Below are positions 60,607 through 64,000 of a DNA stretch of 64,000 bases, in pieces. Below the pieces are notes generated by a model. The model made no database searches. It saw nothing but the letters and a program-made list of their open reading frames with translations, and was not told the DNA's origin. The stretch lies in the NCBI RefSeq assembly GCF_009914755.1, contig NC_060925.1; one strand, written 5' to 3'. Numbering within the stretch: position 1 is the first letter of the stretch; each line of letters begins with the position of its first letter. Origin of the DNA: the human T2T-CHM13v2.0 reference genome, Homo sapiens. The position numbers and the translations under genes are program-made.

Positions 60607-60926
60607 AGAGCATCTTAATCTATTTGGTTAAAGAGGCTCCCAGTTCAGTATTGTAAATTGAACTCCTTAATCTGACCTTTGTGTTTTTTGTATAAGATAG
60701 TGCTATTCTTGGCTTCCTGTGAATTATAAGACAGTTTTGAAAATCTCAGGTTTTCTGTTTGGATTGTTTGAATTGGTATTTCTTAACACATTTCTTACTG
60801 ATAAATCAAAATATTCCTGGGGGAGCAGGAATTAAAAATGAGGGCAAAAATCTGCCTCTAAGATTTTTTTAATCCCTAGATTTGAATTAATATGCTTGCC
60901 TTTTCTCATCCATTTTTCCAGTTTAA

Positions 60927-61272
<346 letters not shown>

Positions 61273-61533
61273 ATTTGTTAGCAAGTTTTTACAAATACCA
61301 CTGCCTGACATTATTATGCTTATTTATACTTTTACCTGAACAAACTTGTTTCATCCCCTGCCCCACCTAATTGAGCTCTAGGAGAGCAGGAGCCTTGTCT
61401 GTTTTGTTCTACAGTACCTTGTTTCAGAGTAAACATTTTTAAACAGTTATTGACTCAAAGAGTCTGCTTCTCCTTGGGGACTTGAGTGGTTTTCCTTCTT
61501 ACAGTATTCTCATCTCTTTTTTTCCCCCCCAAG

Positions 61534-61715
61534 CACTGGAGAGGGGTCTCCTGAAAACCCTGCAGAAACTGGATGAATATCTGAATTCTCCTCTCCCTGA
61601 TGAAATTGATGAAAATAGTATGGAGGACATAAAGTTTTCTACACGTAAATTTCTGGATGGCAATGAAATGACATTAGCTGATTGCAACCTGCTGCCCAAA
61701 CTGCATATTGTCAAG
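61534..61715 (+). CDS. CLIC4: CLIC4 coding exon 5 ([26 protein letters not shown]...[12 protein letters not shown])
   Basis: Pyrimidine tract plus aag acceptor, aag|gtaggt donor, 182 nt; lies within ORF 61482..61727. Confidence 0.98.
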
Positions 61716-62446
61716 GTAGGTCTGTAGGGGTTGATGTCGCATTGCCATTACCTTGTATTGTATTTACTAAAGTGGCATTTCCTTTGTGCTCAAAACATTT
61801 CTGATTTTATATGACTAGTTGTTTAACTCAATGCTGTTTAGGCAATAGTTGAAGCACCCTAGAGTTAGTTAAATGGAAAATTATGTCTTAAAATTGAGGA
61901 ATATAAGAAAGATGAATATTTTTTTTTCTGTGACTGCATACAAATTCAAAGATATAATGCGTGACTTTGAATTGGAGTTTGCCACACTGACTTATGTTAT
62001 CAAATTCTGTTCTGTGATCACACCTTGCTTTCTCTATTGAAGGCAAAAAGTATTGAGCATTTATTATATGAGACACTGGGCTGGGCACATTGTTAAATAG
62101 AATAATAATAAGCGCTAGTTGTAAATAAAGACCTAAGATAACAAAAACAGATCTAAAATAGCATATGTGTGTTGTGAAGTATTTTCCAGTGATTATACTT
62201 GGCTGTCTTTCTGGATGTCCAAGGCAGTTATTTGCAGTCACTGTCACACTTCTAAATCCCTGGTGTAGCTTGCAGTCTTGGTCATTATTTAAAACTCTGG
62301 TTAGAATGATGGTGATGGACTTTTTTTCATATAGAAGCAGTTCTCAAAGATTTAGAGCATTAATTATTTGCTCCAAAATCAGAGATATGTCTAGTTTACA
62401 AGACGTGGAAATAAGTCTGTTAACTTTTGATCTCTTTGTATTTCAG

Positions 62447-62611
62447 GTGGTGGCCAAAAAATATCGCAACTTTGATATTCCAAAAGAAATGACTGGCATC
62501 TGGAGATACCTAACTAATGCATACAGTAGGGACGAGTTCACCAATACCTGTCCCAGTGATAAGGAGGTTGAAATAGCATATAGTGATGTAGCCAAAAGAC
62601 TCACCAAGTAA
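62447..62611 (+). CDS. CLIC4: CLIC4 last coding exon 6 ([15 protein letters not shown]...[10 protein letters not shown]-stop)
   Basis: tttcag acceptor, TAA stop ending at 62611; exons 2-6 total 690 nt, which with a 72-nt exon-1 CDS gives the 253-aa protein. Confidence 0.98.
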   Translation: MVAKKYRNFDIPKEMTGIWRYLTNAYSRDEFTNTCPSDKEVEIAYSDVAKRLTK

Positions 62612-64000
62612 AATCGCGTTTGTAAAAGAGATGTCTTCATGTCTTCCCCTAAGAATACGCTTTTCCTAACAGGCTACTCCTTCCTGTAGAGCAGAAATTG
62701 TATTTTGCACGAACATGCAGTTATTGAAGATTAGGATCAAGGATAGACAAGGTATAGTAGTTATCTTAAAATATACACTCCTAAGCAGTATTATTTTAAA
62801 ATCCTTTACCCTGGCTACCTCCCCTACCCGGGTTCCCCTCTCTTTAATTTGGAGACACTCCACCACAAACTTTTCACTTTAGAGGTAGCTTGCCATCTCT
62901 CAGGAGCCCTCACCATTGTGTCCATTCACTGTGTATAGATGGCAGAACTTTTGAGGTGCAATGTTTAATTGTTAAAAATAGTAGCCACGACTTTATCAGG
63001 CAGCCCCAAACTGGTGCATAATGCATGGTACAAGAAATATTTATGTATTTTTTGGAATTTTGTAATATTTAGTAAGAGTATATGAAAGGATTGCTACTGT
63101 ATCAGAAATATTGTTTCAATTTAGTCTATCCTGGATATGTACTAACGAATATTACCACCAGAGAAGAGAGCTTTCTACAAAAGTCACTACAGATTTTGCT
63201 ATATTGCTTTGTAGATAGATTTTTACTTTTGCCTAAAAGCATTTATCCTTCATACCAATTGTAACATCTGACACCATGTAGAAGCTAAAAGTTTAGAGGG
63301 AGTGAGCGTTTTCTCAAGACCTTCCTCAAGCATTTTATCTTTAGAAGAGAAACTGATGGGCACCTGATACTCTGTCTAAATACGTTTGTTATATGTGTTT
63401 TGCCCTGTGCCATTCATTTGGAACTTTATTGCATTCTTTATTTTAAAAAGCTTGTTTTTACGTAATCATAGAGCTTGCTATTTGTACATCTGTTGAGCAA
63501 CACTACATAACTGATTTTTAGTTGACTTAGCTATAGCAGTACAATGATTAGTAATGTAAAAATTAACACAGAAATTAACCTAAGGAATGAAGGGTGGGTT
63601 TGTCAAAATATCAAGTAAATTTTTGTTTCTAAAGTACATTTAATGTAGATGACCTAAAGAATGCGTTATCCATCCTATATAAAAGAAAGATAAAACACAG
63701 GTCACCAATTTTCTCATTTCACCCCATTTACCTTGTATAGAGGATTGTTCATTCCTTTGGGACTAAGTTATAGTTATGGTGAGTGTGTATTTACTGTAGT
63801 TTTGCCTGATCTCACTCATTGCACTTCCTGGAGTTAAATTTTCCAACAGCCATGTTGAGGAATAGCACTCTGCATGTTTTTGTTTTGTTTTTCGGGGTTT
63901 TTTTTAATTGAAGCCCTAAACCAGGAATTATTTGTGTTCTAACAGGAGGATGAACTTGCTGAAAATAAAACTTTGCTATGTATTTACTCTTTTTTAAAAG
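62612..64000 (+). other. CLIC4: CLIC4 3' UTR (partial, runs to the window edge)
   Basis: Repeat-free AU-rich sequence after the stop codon, with ATTTA motifs and miRNA seed matches. Confidence 0.9.
63964..63969 (+). promoter_or_regulatory. Candidate proximal polyadenylation signal AATAAA
   Basis: AATAAA followed by U-rich sequence; usage cannot be shown from sequence. Confidence 0.4.

Noticed and set aside
62165-62446. In-frame upstream extension of exon 6 (148-aa ORF)
   Set aside because: Intron 5 sequence that is open by chance; a strong acceptor at 62446 explains the CLIC4 frame

Overview
Repeat-rich human (hominid) genomic DNA, not prokaryotic. It holds the 3' part of CLIC4 (chloride intracellular channel 4) on the + strand. 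Coding exons 2-6 (22501-22610, 38556-38681, 51507-51613, 61534-61715, 62447-62611) splice in frame through GT-AG junctions and give residues 25-253; about 1.4 kb of 3' UTR follows. Exon 1 lies upstream of the window. The introns contain roughly 50 Alu-family copies, a full-length sense SVA (SVA_F-like, 15-bp TSD) about 0.8 kb after exon 2, a solo LTR10 with AP-1 sites, an MSTA-like LTR, a near full-length Tigger1, a twin-primed (5'-inverted) L1, a U6 retrocopy inside MER33, and older L1/L2/MIR/MER fragments. Nearly all ORF-track entries are repeat artefacts. I see no new protein-coding system. The best leads are structural or regulatory: a perfect 44-bp inverted repeat with an adjacent tandem triplication in intron 4, a palindrome/tandem scar inside Tigger1, inverted Alu/SVA pairs bracketing exons 2 and 3, SVA polyadenylation signals in the sense orientation, the LTR10 enhancer candidate, and apparent gene conversion between two Alus. 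Repeat family names come from recalled consensus sequences and repeat boundaries are approximate; exon, TSD and inverted-repeat coordinates were counted directly.
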